Of a stretch of 64,000 nucleotides of DNA, positions 40,230-51,287 are shown one piece after another. The position numbers and the translations under genes were made by a program. Positions within the stretch are counted from its first letter, which is position 1, and the number at the start of each line of letters is the position of its first letter. The stretch comes from the human T2T-CHM13v2.0 reference genome, Homo sapiens. The notes under the pieces were generated by a model. It was not told the origin of the DNA, did no database searches, and saw only the letters and a list, made by a program, of their open reading frames with translations. Location of the stretch: NCBI RefSeq assembly GCF_009914755.1, contig NC_060929.1; one strand, given 5' to 3'.

Positions 40230-40520
40230 TCAGTGGGGTCCCCCAGAGATGGGATACGGCTTAGGAGGAATCCCGGGCTGCGGGCATTCCTTGGCCCAGT
40301 AGCCAGATTTCTGGCACGTGTAGCAAGCTTCTGGGGGAGGAGGTTCTGGAGGAACGCCTGGCTGCTGCTGTTCAGGTGTTTGGAAGTTCTTGTGTGCTGG
40401 AGATGTGGCTAGGGTTTGTCTCGCAGTGGAGGCAAGGAATTGCAACTTTTTTCTGTTATTGTACACCTTGAAGGTGAGGTTAATTAAGTCCTGTTGTGGG
40501 GTTTGAGGGCCAGATTCCAA
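40230..40520 (-). pseudogene. gag: HERV-H gag C-terminal/nucleocapsid remnant
   Basis: QQDLINLTFKVYNNR and zinc knuckle CYTCQKSGYWAKEC (His replaced by Tyr). Confidence 0.9.
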
Positions 40521-41369
40521 TTTTTGGAGTTTTATTTAATGTCAGGAGCAGATTGGGTAATAAAATGAATATTGAGAATAAGATGACCTTTTGACCTTTT
40601 AGGTTCTAGGGCTGTAAAGCGTCTCAGGGTTGCTGCCAAATGAGCCATGAACTGGGCTGGATTTTTATATTTGATGAAAAAGAGCCTAAACGCTATCTGA
40701 TTTGGGATAAAGAAAAAGGAGCATTAATCTTGACTATGCCTTTGGCTCCAGCCACCTTTTTAAGAGTAAATTGCTGGGCAGGTGGGGGAGGGCTAGTCAC
40801 AGAAGGAAACTGTAAGCCAGACCAGGTGTGAGGAGGGGAGGTGATGAAAAGATTACAGGGTGGAGGAGCGGAGGCTGAGGAAGAATTGGGACCTAGCTTG
40901 GGCTGGTGAGGAGGGGAGAGGTCAGATGGGTCTGTAGAAAAGGAAGATTAGAAAGACTCAGCGATGCTTGGGGTTGGGACTGAGGGGACAGGCGGGAGGG
41001 AAAGAAGGAAGATTTGGGACGAGTTGCACTGGGCATAGATACTAGGAAGGGACTGATGTGTAAAAGAATGCCTGGATGTCAGGCACCTCAGACCATTTGC
41101 CCATTTTACGACAAGAATTATTTAGATCTTGTAGGATGGAAAAATTGAAAGTGCCATTTTCCGGCTATTTGGAACTACTGTCCAGTTTGTATTGGGGTCA
41201 AGCAGCATTGCAGAAGAAAATAAGGCATTTAGGTTTTAGATCAGGTGTGAGTTGAAGAGGTTTTAAGTTTTTGAGAACACAGGCTAAGGGAGAAGAAGGA
41301 GGAATGGAAGGTGGAAGCTTACCTATAGTGAAGGAGGCAAGCCCAGAGAAAAGAGTAGAGACATGGAGA

Positions 41370-41695
41370 AGGGGTGGGGGGTTCTTGCCCTCCAGAAAAG
41401 CAGAGAAGGGGTTGGGGCACGGAAATAAGGGATTGGGGCACAGAGATAAGAGGTCAGGGTGCGGAAATAAGGGATTGGGGTGCAGAGATATAGGTTGGGG
41501 TTTGGAAATAAGCGATTGGGGGATTCTTGCTCCCTAGGAAAGTGGGACTTGCCGCTAAGGGTGAAGGAGAAGGGGTTGAAGGGTACTTGCCCCTGCCCCA
41601 GGAAAGCAGAGAAGGGGTAGAGACAGAGAAGGGGTTGGGGTACTTGCCCCTCCCCCAGAAAAGCGGGACTTGCCGCTAAGTGTGAAGGACTAAGG
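41370..41695 (-). repeat. Imperfect tandem repeats of the HERV-H leader
   Basis: Repeated GGAAATAAGGGATTGGGG, GGGTACTTGCCCCT, GGGACTTGCCGCTAAG and AGCAGAGAAGGGGT units. Confidence 0.8.
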
Positions 41696-41962
41696 CAGGC
41701 GTCCCTGTGTGGTCTGACACCCTTGAAACGTGAGTGTATAATCAGAGAAGCATCCTTGCAATGATTAAACACCAAGGGAAGGCTGCCTTCCCAGTCCGTG
41801 ACCGGCGCCGGAGTTTTGGGTCCACGGATAAAACATGTCTCCTTTGTCTCTCCCAGAAAATGAAAGGAATTGAAATTAAGAGAAGGGGGAGATTGAAGAG
41901 TGGAAAGGAGAAAGTGGTTGAGGGACGGTGAGAGAGGTTGGAGAAGAGAGTAAGAAGAGGCC

Positions 41963-41971
41963 GCTTACCTG
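41963..41971 (-). other. HERV-H major splice donor
   Basis: Sense CAG|GTAAGC about 160 nt downstream of the 5' LTR; last exon base 41969. Confidence 0.8.
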
Positions 41972-42094
41972 ATTTAAAATTGGTGAGATGTTCCTTGGGC
42001 TGGTCGGTCTGAGGGCCTGAGGTCATAGATGGATCTTTCTCACGGAGCAAAGAACAGGAGTACGGGGGATTGATCACCCAAGGGAGGTCCCCCG

Positions 42095-42112
42095 ATCCGA
42101 GTCATGGCACCA
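42095..42112 (-). other. tRNA-His primer binding site
   Basis: Sense TGGTGCCATGACTCGGAT, one G>A from the complement of the tRNA-His 3' end. Confidence 0.92.
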
Positions 42113-42127
42113 AATTTAGGCACCAAA

Positions 42128-42580
42128 TTTCATGCGCGTCCGTGTGAAGAGACCACCAAACAGGCTTTGTGTGAGCAACATGGCTGTTTATTTCACCTGG
42201 GTGCAGGCGGGCTGAGTCCAAAAAGAGAGTCAGCAAAGGGAGATAAGGATGAGGCCGTTTTACAGGATTTGGGTAGGTAAAGGAAAATTACAGTCAAAGG
42301 GGGTTTGTTCTCTGGTGGGCAGGAGTGGGGGTCGCAAGGTGCTCAGTGGGGGTGCTTTTTGAGCCAGGATGAGCCAGGAAAAGGACTTTCACAAGGTAAT
42401 GTCATCAGTTAAGGCAAGGACCGGCCATTTAGACTTCTTTTGTGGTGGAATGTCATCAGTTAAGTTGGGGCAGGACACATTCACTTCTTTTGTGATTCTT
42501 CAGTTACTTCAGGCCATCTGGGCATATACGTGCAAGTCACAGAGGATGCGATAGCTTGGCTTGGGCTCAGAGGCCTGACA
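42128..42580 (-). promoter_or_regulatory. HERV-H 5' LTR (LTR7)
   Basis: 453 bp; about 12 substitutions and no indels versus the 3' LTR by manual alignment. Confidence 0.97.
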
Positions 42581-45500
42581 GTACCATGTTGGGAGTTGAC
42601 ATGCAAAGTGAAATGTAGTTACTTTCCCAATTCTGGATGACCCTTAGGTTTTCTTCTGATATTCCAATGTGCTAACAGAATTGTTAAACTCAACTTCTCT
42701 TCTCTGTCATGGTTTAAAGAAATTCAAATAATAGAAGAGGAAATAATGGACATTTCTGGGACCCAGAGCATAGCTAAGTCAGTTGGACAATGGCAAATGT
42801 TGACTTCAGAGCATTTCCTCCTTGACTACCCCAAGCACACAGAAGCCATCCACTTCCCCTTCCAAAGCTAGTATTCAAAAATGCTTCCTGCCAAGTTAGG
42901 CTGAGGTGTAAGTGACTAAAGATGACAAAGTATGACTATGGGATATTAATTGCTGCAGAAACCAAAGTTTTGAAGCAAAAAGAATAATCGTGAGCATCAA
43001 ATGAAATATTAAGTATATCTACTTTTAAGAAAATGGTAGAGGATATGGTGGAAGCCTCAAATCCCTCTACAGTTACAGAATTTGGATAGTAAACTATTTA
43101 ACCTATATGTGAGGCTAGCTCTGTCCCAGAATAACCCTGAGATCACAAGTTAATTCTGAGATCTAAACATCTTGGTTGCAACCTTTTGATTTACACAGCT
43201 TATGGGCTGAAACGAATTTCATCTTTCTCAGTTTAACACAAGAACAACAAATTTCTCCATCTTTTGTGTAAAAGATCTGATTTTCATAATATGTAGTTTA
43301 GCACCTGATAACAATTAATTTGTTAAGTATGATCTGAGAAATGTTATGATGCACTGTGCTTTTGTCTCATTCTGTCTTTTTAAATAGTGCTATTAGCTCC
43401 TCACTGCCCATAGTGGCCTCATGGCTTTTTTGAGGTAATATGTACAGCTTAATCCAGAGAATGAAATATCTAGTCCTACATGGTATGGTAGTCAGAACTT
43501 TAAATTTAATAGGAAAACTTCTCTGAATACCTAATTTGTACACTTTATAGGTGAAAACTTGCAAATGATTGACAGGAGTACAGATTATATATGACTTCTA
43601 ATCTCTTTCCCCATCTTGTGCTTCAACCCTTCCTCCATTTTGCTAGCCAAGATTTCCAGTCTCTTCAGGATTGCAGGTGTAGGGCGGAGTGGAACAGGAA
43701 AGTTCTGGCTTGACTGACATTGTCATGCACTGACGTTGCATTCCTTAGCCTTGGGAGCTGTTTACACTTGACTGTCTACTTTGAGGGGGGTTTCCAGAAA
43801 GGTTTTATCAGTGAGTGGCTGGCATCCACAGCTCCCTTGAAGGGGGCTTATGTATCTTTCTTTTGCCTCATTACTTGCAACTCCTGCTGAGTCCCTGGGA
43901 ATTGGGCAGTACATCGCCAGCCTCTTTTAGGTGAGACCTTTTTATTTTCAGGAGGTCCTCCTGGAAATGCCTAAAATGATGCCTTTCCAGGATCTAGCAC
44001 ATGTAGCCCACATCTGATTCACTAGAATTGCTTAGGGATCTTTGCACTGAGAGCCTCGCTCTGAGAACACTGTTTGATCCCCACCTTCATAACCTCCACT
44101 TTGCTCTGGTCAGCCACTTTCTCAGGAATGATGACCAGCCTATTCCTCTACTAAAATTTTCCCACCCCTACTCTCCATTCCTCAGACTACAACATAAAGA
44201 GAAACTTAGTAGAAAATAGTCTCAAAGGCCTTCTACCTAGGTGAGTGGCAGGCTCCTGCCCAAGCCTCGCCATGGCAGGAAGACTCACAGCACACTGGCA
44301 TTTTTCTCCCAACATCCTCTCAGTCTCTTCTCAGACTCTCCAACTGCATAGCATGAGGTGGGTGGGTGACTCAGGTGGTAAATGATTTATCTGCCATCTC
44401 CTTTTTGCAAATCCTGTATGATAGTCCTATTTTAAAATCTAACATCTATTTTCTTCATGCCTCAGCCAAAACTGAGAGAGGAAATTTGAATGTCCTGTTA
44501 AAACTCCATTTAACTCACAGGATCATTTTTCAATACTGTTGTTTTATTTAGGTTAGTCTTTGGAAGACATAACTAAACTCGATATTTGTAAATATGTGCT
44601 AATTTCTGGAAGCATTTCAATATCAACATTTCCTCTGGTCTCTCTTCCCATGTGACCTGCCGAATTCTCTGATGTGGGCCTTTTCATTTGATTCAGACTC
44701 ACATTTAGGGAGTAGCAGGTTTAAGGTTAGAATCCAGGCCTCCTCACCCTCAGTGACCTGTTGCTTTCCACCAATGATAATGACAATAAAAATAGTACAA
44801 TACTAATGATACACATTAATTGCGTGTAAACACTGCCTTTAAGTGTAATAGCTTAATCAATCTGACAACTTATACATAGACAATATTACGATGTCCATTT
44901 TACAGATAAGGAAACCGCCACACAGAAAGGTTAGTAACTTATCAGGGTCACACAGTTAGTAAGTGGCAGAGCAATTGGGTTCAGTGTCTACATCCTTGAC
45001 CCTTAGAAAAAGAGTGTTTTTGTCTTCTTACTGTACACTTTACATTCAGAGCATTTTGATATAAAATATTTAATACCTCTGTATGATAAAGGAGGACAAG
45101 GATTACCCTCTTTCTTGATAGATGAGAAGTGCAAGACATACAAGTTGAGTAGGAGCCTGGTGTGAGGTCATACTGCTAATGGGGACAGAGCCCACATGTG
45201 AAACCAAGTTCCTTGAGTTCCTAGCGAGTATTTCACACTGTGTTAGGTGGCCTAATATATCATAGGCCTGTAACTGGTATTTCTGTAAGGGGAAAAAATT
45301 ACTGCAGAGAGTTTTCCAGGATGTTTCAAACTAAATAAGAGAGGGTTGAGGAGCACAGGATGAGCATGGAGTAGGAGAGCATTGAACTAGACAAAAGCCC
45401 TACTCCAAACTTTATATATCAGTTTCCTTTAAGATTTTTTTAAAGAGATATGCTGTTTTTATTTATGTAAACAACCAATGTAGTCCAACCTTCAACTTTA

Positions 45501-46764
45501 CAGAGAAACTGAAGCTCAGAGAAAAAATAACTGAACTTACATAGTGAGTTAATGCACAACTGAGTCTAGAAGCCAGCCAGTTTCCCAGTTCTCTGGCCCC
45601 ACACTTTGCCCCTTGTCCCTTCTGCTGGTTCTCCTGTGTTATCAATGTAATATAACCCTGGAGTCAGGCTGGGAGCTGACATACAGTGAGTATGGTTTGT
45701 ACCAATACCCTGGTAGTAAAACAAAGTGATTATGTTTCAATTAATGACATATGCATATGTATGCCAAAAAGAAACACCCTGCTATGCATATGCATATATT
45801 ATTAATTATGCAACATGCTTTCTTACATTTATATTTTCATAGCTTTTTATAGCATTAATTACTTCGTTAAATTTAAGAAAAATGTGAGGGATGGCATAAA
45901 CAGGCTTTACTGCCAGTAGGTAATCAAGTGCTAAGTAGCATGGGGTTGTCTGTGTGTCAATGAATGCTTCTTTCAATCCTGTCTTTGACAGTTGACAAAA
46001 CTACACTTCTTGATTTCTACCATGATGCCTGGGTCCGCTGTGGTGTCAGGTGCTCAAAAGCAGTGGGTAATTGATGTTCTATTCTACCCTCTAGGTGTGC
46101 AGAAGTATTCGCCTTGGAGTTTGCAGAGCTGAGTTGTAACTACACCTTGACCCCAGTTAGCTGTAAGACTCTGGGTAATTCAATTCCTTTTCTAATTTTA
46201 TTTTTCCTTTGTCACAACCATAATGCAGAGCATTTCTTGGCAAAGAAATGAAAGAAGACAAGGTACTAGTGGAAACATTGGATGAGGGCCAGGGTAGAAG
46301 GGGTGGTAATTTCACAGAAGTAAAAAGGAAGGAGAATCTGAACCATAAGATCCCAGTAACTGGCTTGCCTCTCCACACTCCTCCTCTACTGCTCCTCCCC
46401 TGGAGGCCTCCAGCCACACTGCCCTTTCTGTTCCTTAAATAGGCCACATTTTCTCCTTCCTCTGAACCTTCTCATGCTCTGTTTCTTCTGCCTGGACCCC
46501 ACCCCTATTTTTGCACCCCTTACTGGCCTAACTCCTATTAGACCCTCTCATAAGTCCCTAAGTTAGATTCTCCCTACTGTAGACTTCCACAGATGCTTCT
46601 CCTCTCATCAAATCACACAACAGGCCTTATGGCAATTATTTATTCATTATTTGCCTTTCTTGGTAGACTGAAGCTCCATAATAGCAGGAATTGTGACAGC
46701 CTAGCTCTTGGCTGTATTCCCAGAGCACAAGTGCATAATATTTATTGCAGGACTGATTTCTGAG

Positions 46765-47050
46765 GAAAGCACATACTATATGATCCTGTCCATATAAAAT
46801 CCTTTAAAATGCAAATTAATCTATAATGACAGTAAGGAGATCAGTGATTGCTAGGGAACCTGGAAGGAGTTGGGGGGTGGGAGACAGATAGATTTCAAAG
46901 AACCATAGAGAACTTTTAGAAGTGATGGATATATTCATTGGCTTGATTGTGGTGATGGTTTTACAGACATATACAGATATCAAAACTCATCAAATTATAC
47001 ACTTTAAATATGTGCAGTTTATTATACATCAATTATAACTTAAAGCCATA
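46765..47050 (+). mobile_element. Old L1M (MC/MD-type) 3' end
   Basis: CTTGATTGTGGTGATGGTTTTACAG...AAAACTCATCAAATTATACACTTTAAATATGTGCAGTTTATT. Confidence 0.85.
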
Positions 47051-48899
47051 CACATATTAAAGTATAAAGCAAATAGAAATGCTGTTGTAGGAAAAAAGAA
47101 AGAATTGAGTAAGATGTGCAGAGAGCTCAAAAAAGTCAGAGTGAAAAATGTCCATTAGATTTGAGTATTTTCAGGTATTTGGGAACCTAAGCGAAATCAG
47201 TGAATGGAAATCCACCAATGATGAACGGGCTTTCCAATTGGCTATTTTTCTGCCTAATCAACTCCATAAGATGATAGGGCATCCTTCGCTCCATCCCACT
47301 GGCTCTCTACACCAGTGTATTAATTTGATAAGGCCATTTTGCTTGTAACAAATAGAAATCACCCTGTGCTAGATTAGGCAAAAATAAGGAAATTATTATA
47401 AGAATACAAGAATTCCTGAGAAAGCCCAAGGCCAGGAATGTCACTCCTAGACCATGGGGAAATCAGAAATAAAGATCTGGAATGTGAGCAGTAACCCAGC
47501 ATGCATGCTTAGTTTCCAATCCTTGCTCCCATTGGCACCTCTGCTTCTTTCCCTCTCCCTGAAAATCAGATTTGGGCACTCCTTAGTTGACTCAAAAAGA
47601 CTAAGGACATCCTGTGGCTCCCCGATTGGCAAAGTCCAGCTTCAGCCACCAGAGCAGATGAGCTGTCACCTTTAAATCACAATTCTGAAGCTCTGCAAGA
47701 GAGAATAGAATTGGTTCAACTAGATTTGGGGGCTACCTCCATCTGCTCAAGTTTGGCTGGTGAGTCACTTAGATGATACATGCTGCTTGAGCTTTCCTTC
47801 TTGGCTGGGGGAAAATGGGAGGACATTTATTAAAGTAAAGGAGAATTGATGATTTAGATAGACACTCTGGAACTCTCTATTAAAGTTTGTTATAGATATG
47901 CAGAGTGGGGATGAGAATGTCCGATTCCCAGATAACAAAATTGAGCCTCGAATAATTCATTCATTTCCCCAAAGCACATTCTGTAAGAGACTGAAAGGCC
48001 TCCAGACTTTGACTACGAGCCCCAGTGCCCTTGCTAGAACACCAAATGGCTTTCCTAAAGCAATCCTGCCCTCAAGAAAGATTTTAAATATTATTTGAAC
48101 TCAAGTGTAAATAAATGCAAATAGCTCGAGCATGATCCCAGCATTTTTGAGAGGAAAGATTGGAGGGGAGGCAAGATGGATTTACCTTTTAGCAGAAACC
48201 AAAGGCTTAAGCTGAAGAATAGCGTATTAATGGTAATATTTCAGTCATCCTTTGGTGCATATGTGGTTTTAAAAAGGACATCTGTCCATTCTGAAGCTCA
48301 TAAACTACATTGCAAAAGTAATGATAAATGTCTTCATTTTGACTTAGTTATACTAAGGTCTTAAGGAGACAAAGGGTATATTGGGTAAAGTTGCTGTCAG
48401 AAAAAATTCTGACTCCAGATACTTCCAGCTTGTTGAAACAGAATGTATCTGAAATCTCCCAAGGAGACAGATTTTTTTAATGCCTGTTTCAGGACAATCC
48501 CTCAGATCAGAACAGCACAAATAGTTCAGATGGATGAGAAATAACCACTTATTGTGTGCTCACCTCAGGTGAACCAAATCTGGGTACAATTTGCAAAGAA
48601 GCCACAATGATGTGGGACCAGGAACCCAGCAGTGAGACCTGGAGTGAAGGCAAAGTGAACAGCTTCTTCCAGCCTGGGCTCAACAAACCAGATTTGCCAC
48701 ATTTACTCACTGGGTGAGCAGGTCCTTGTGCTTTTTCCATGCAAAGCTCATCCCTGAGACCCTGGAGGTAGAGGATTGGTGTATGACATGAATGAATCAG
48801 ACATCGTTTCTGCTCTCACAGCTTTAACAGTCAAGCAGAGGCAACTGAACAATCTTCGATACAAACACAAAGTACAGAAGGATCTATCCTAAGAGATGG

Positions 48900-49772
48900 G
48901 TGCACATAGATCCTTTAGATTTCTCATGCCTCAAATTTAATTTCCTCTTCCACAGCTACCTAGAATGAGCTTACTTTATCAGCAGTGGCACTACTGTACC
49001 TTTGGTGGTTTAGGTAATTGGAATTATCCTTGGAGCTTTCCTTTCCCTAACCTCCATATGATGAGGTTGTGATTTATTAACCATAATCACATGTTCAACT
49101 GAAACTTGTTTTCAAAACATGTTTTGAAGCTGCCCTCTTCTATCAAGCCTCCTTTTAAGCATCCTTTCCAAGCCACCACCTTCTCTTATCTGCCAATAGC
49201 TGAAGTTTCCTTACAGTTCTATCTGTATTTACATTATATCTTTAAAATCCATTCTGAACTCTATTGATAGAACAATCTTCAAAATAGAAATTTGAGCATT
49301 TTATTTTCTAAGATATGAGTTTTAGATTGCTTTCCATTTTCTCTGGGAGTGAGATGCACAATCCTTGGCTGGCCTGGTGTCAAAGCGTTCAGTGACTAGC
49401 CTTTGCCCACACTTATCCCTATAGCTTCACCTTCAGCCACTCACTGCCTTCAACTTTCTCCTTAGCTCTACAGACCAACCTCAGAGTCCTGAGCAGGACA
49501 TATTGTTTTTCACATAAGGACACTTAAACAAAAATCGGTCTCCTCCAGCTGAAATCATTTCCTCCGTTTCTGCTGCTCATTTCCTGGGTGAATCCAGATT
49601 AGGTTCCCTTTGGTACGTTGCTCCTTCATAACACTCACTCTGGTGGGAAATTAATTTAACATCTTTTTCCACTAAACTGTCAGTCCCATGAGGACAGGGG
49701 TTGTCTGCTTCATTTACTGCTGCATTTAACTTTTGGCACAGTACCTGACAGTCAATACATATTTGTTGCATG
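48900..49772 (+). mobile_element. Degraded L2
   Basis: Terminus CCATGAGGACAGGGGTTGTCTGCTTCATTTACTGCTG...TCAATACATATTTGTTG. Confidence 0.65.
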
Positions 49773-50059
49773 GAGGAGCCCAGGAACTAAAATGAAGAGT
49801 CAGAAAAAATGAGAATAAGACCTAATTGTGGAGGGCTCCAAATGCCAAGCAAAGGAGAGAAAACTTGAAATGCAAAACCTATCTCCAAAACCTTCCCATG
49901 GCCCCTTTGCAGCTGCTCTCTTTTTCATTGCTCCTGATATAAGACTTCTCCTCTGCCATCTTGTTTCTCACTCCCTGCCATGTCAAGGGCACACACAATG
50001 ATTTGTTTTCCTCTGTATCCTCAACAACTGGCACAGGGCTAGCTAAAGAGTGCTGCAAA

Positions 50060-50440
50060 TATCAGCCAATCTAGCCTAGGTTATGCTACACTGAAAAATC
50101 ACACCCAAATCTCAACAGAGATCTATTTCTTGCTCATGTAAAGTTCATTGCAAGTGTAGCTGGGTCTCCAAAGTAGCTGGCCTCCATGCCATGGTCAAAT
50201 ACATGTGACAATAACTTCCATGTCAACATGTGCTTCCAAGCTCAAAATGACAGGAGAAGAGCAAGCTTGGCAGAACAAACTTGAGCAAATAAGTGTGCCC
50301 GTCTACTGACCCCATCACTCTTACATTTCATTAGCCAAAGCAATTCACACGGCCATGCTTAATTTCAGGAAGACAAAAATATATGTGCAATTCTCCATTT
50401 TTCTGGAAATGGAGGGGAAATGGCTATTAGTAAATAGTAG
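50060..50440 (-). mobile_element. Old MaLR LTR (MLT1H/I-like)
   Basis: CTAGGTTATGCTAC...CCCAAATCTCA; ACATTTCATTAGCCAAAGCAATTCACACGGCCA. Confidence 0.6.
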
Positions 50441-50480
50441 GAATGTATGCCCCAGACCTGAACATACAAACCATTCCTCT

Positions 50481-50777
<297 letters not shown>

Positions 50778-50785
50778 GTTTTTTT

Positions 50786-51287
50786 AAAAGTGAAAGCAAG
50801 TTTATTAAGAAAGTAAAGGAATAAAGAATGACTACTCCATAAGCAGAGCAGCCCAGAGGACTACTCGTTGCCCATTTTTACAGTTATTTATTGATTATAT
50901 GCTTAACAAGGGGTGGATTATTCATGAGTTTTCCAGGAAAGAGGTGGGCAATTTCCGGAACTGAGGATTCCTTCCCTTTTCAGACCATATAGCATAAGTT
51001 TCTGGCATTGCTATGCCATTTGTAAACTGTCATCATGCTGGTGGAAACATAGCAGTGAGGATGACCAAAGGTCACTCTCCTCACAGTCTTGGTTTTGGTG
51101 AGTTTTAGCTGGCTTGTTTATTGCAAGCTGTTTTGTCAGCAAAGTCTTTATGACCTGTATCTTGCGCCAACCTCCTGTCTCATCCTGTGACTAAGAATGC
51201 CTTAATCTCCTGAGAATGCAGTTCTCAGGCTTATTTTACCCAGCCCCTATTCAAGATGCAGTTGCTCTGGTTCAAATGCCTCTGACA
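50786..51287 (-). mobile_element. MER41B LTR (3' LTR, U5 missing)
   Basis: Sense TGTCAGAGGCATTTGAACCAGAGCAACTGCATCTTGAATAGGGGCTGGGTAAAATAAG; contains the GAS-bearing block that MER41A lacks; preceded by a PPT. Confidence 0.88.

Larger units (their letters stand above)
36835..42580 (-). mobile_element. HERV-H provirus (LTR7-int-LTR7, common deleted ~5.7 kb form, env largely absent)
   Basis: Two 453-bp LTRs, tRNA-His PBS, PPT AAGAAGGCAGGAA, gag/pro/RT/IN remnants, perfect 5-bp TSD GTACC at 36830-36834 and 42581-42585. Confidence 0.98.

Noticed and set aside
41370-41695. Spaced repeats resembling a CRISPR-like array
   Set aside because: Ordinary HERV-H leader repeats; eukaryotic DNA with no unique spacers or cas genes.
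42128-42580. APOBEC3 editing as the cause of C>T excess in the 5' LTR
   Set aside because: Wrong strand for classic G>A hypermutation, inconsistent context, too few sites.
36835-42580. Coding-competent HERV-H
   Set aside because: Stops and frameshifts, dead protease motif, broken zinc knuckle, no env ORF.
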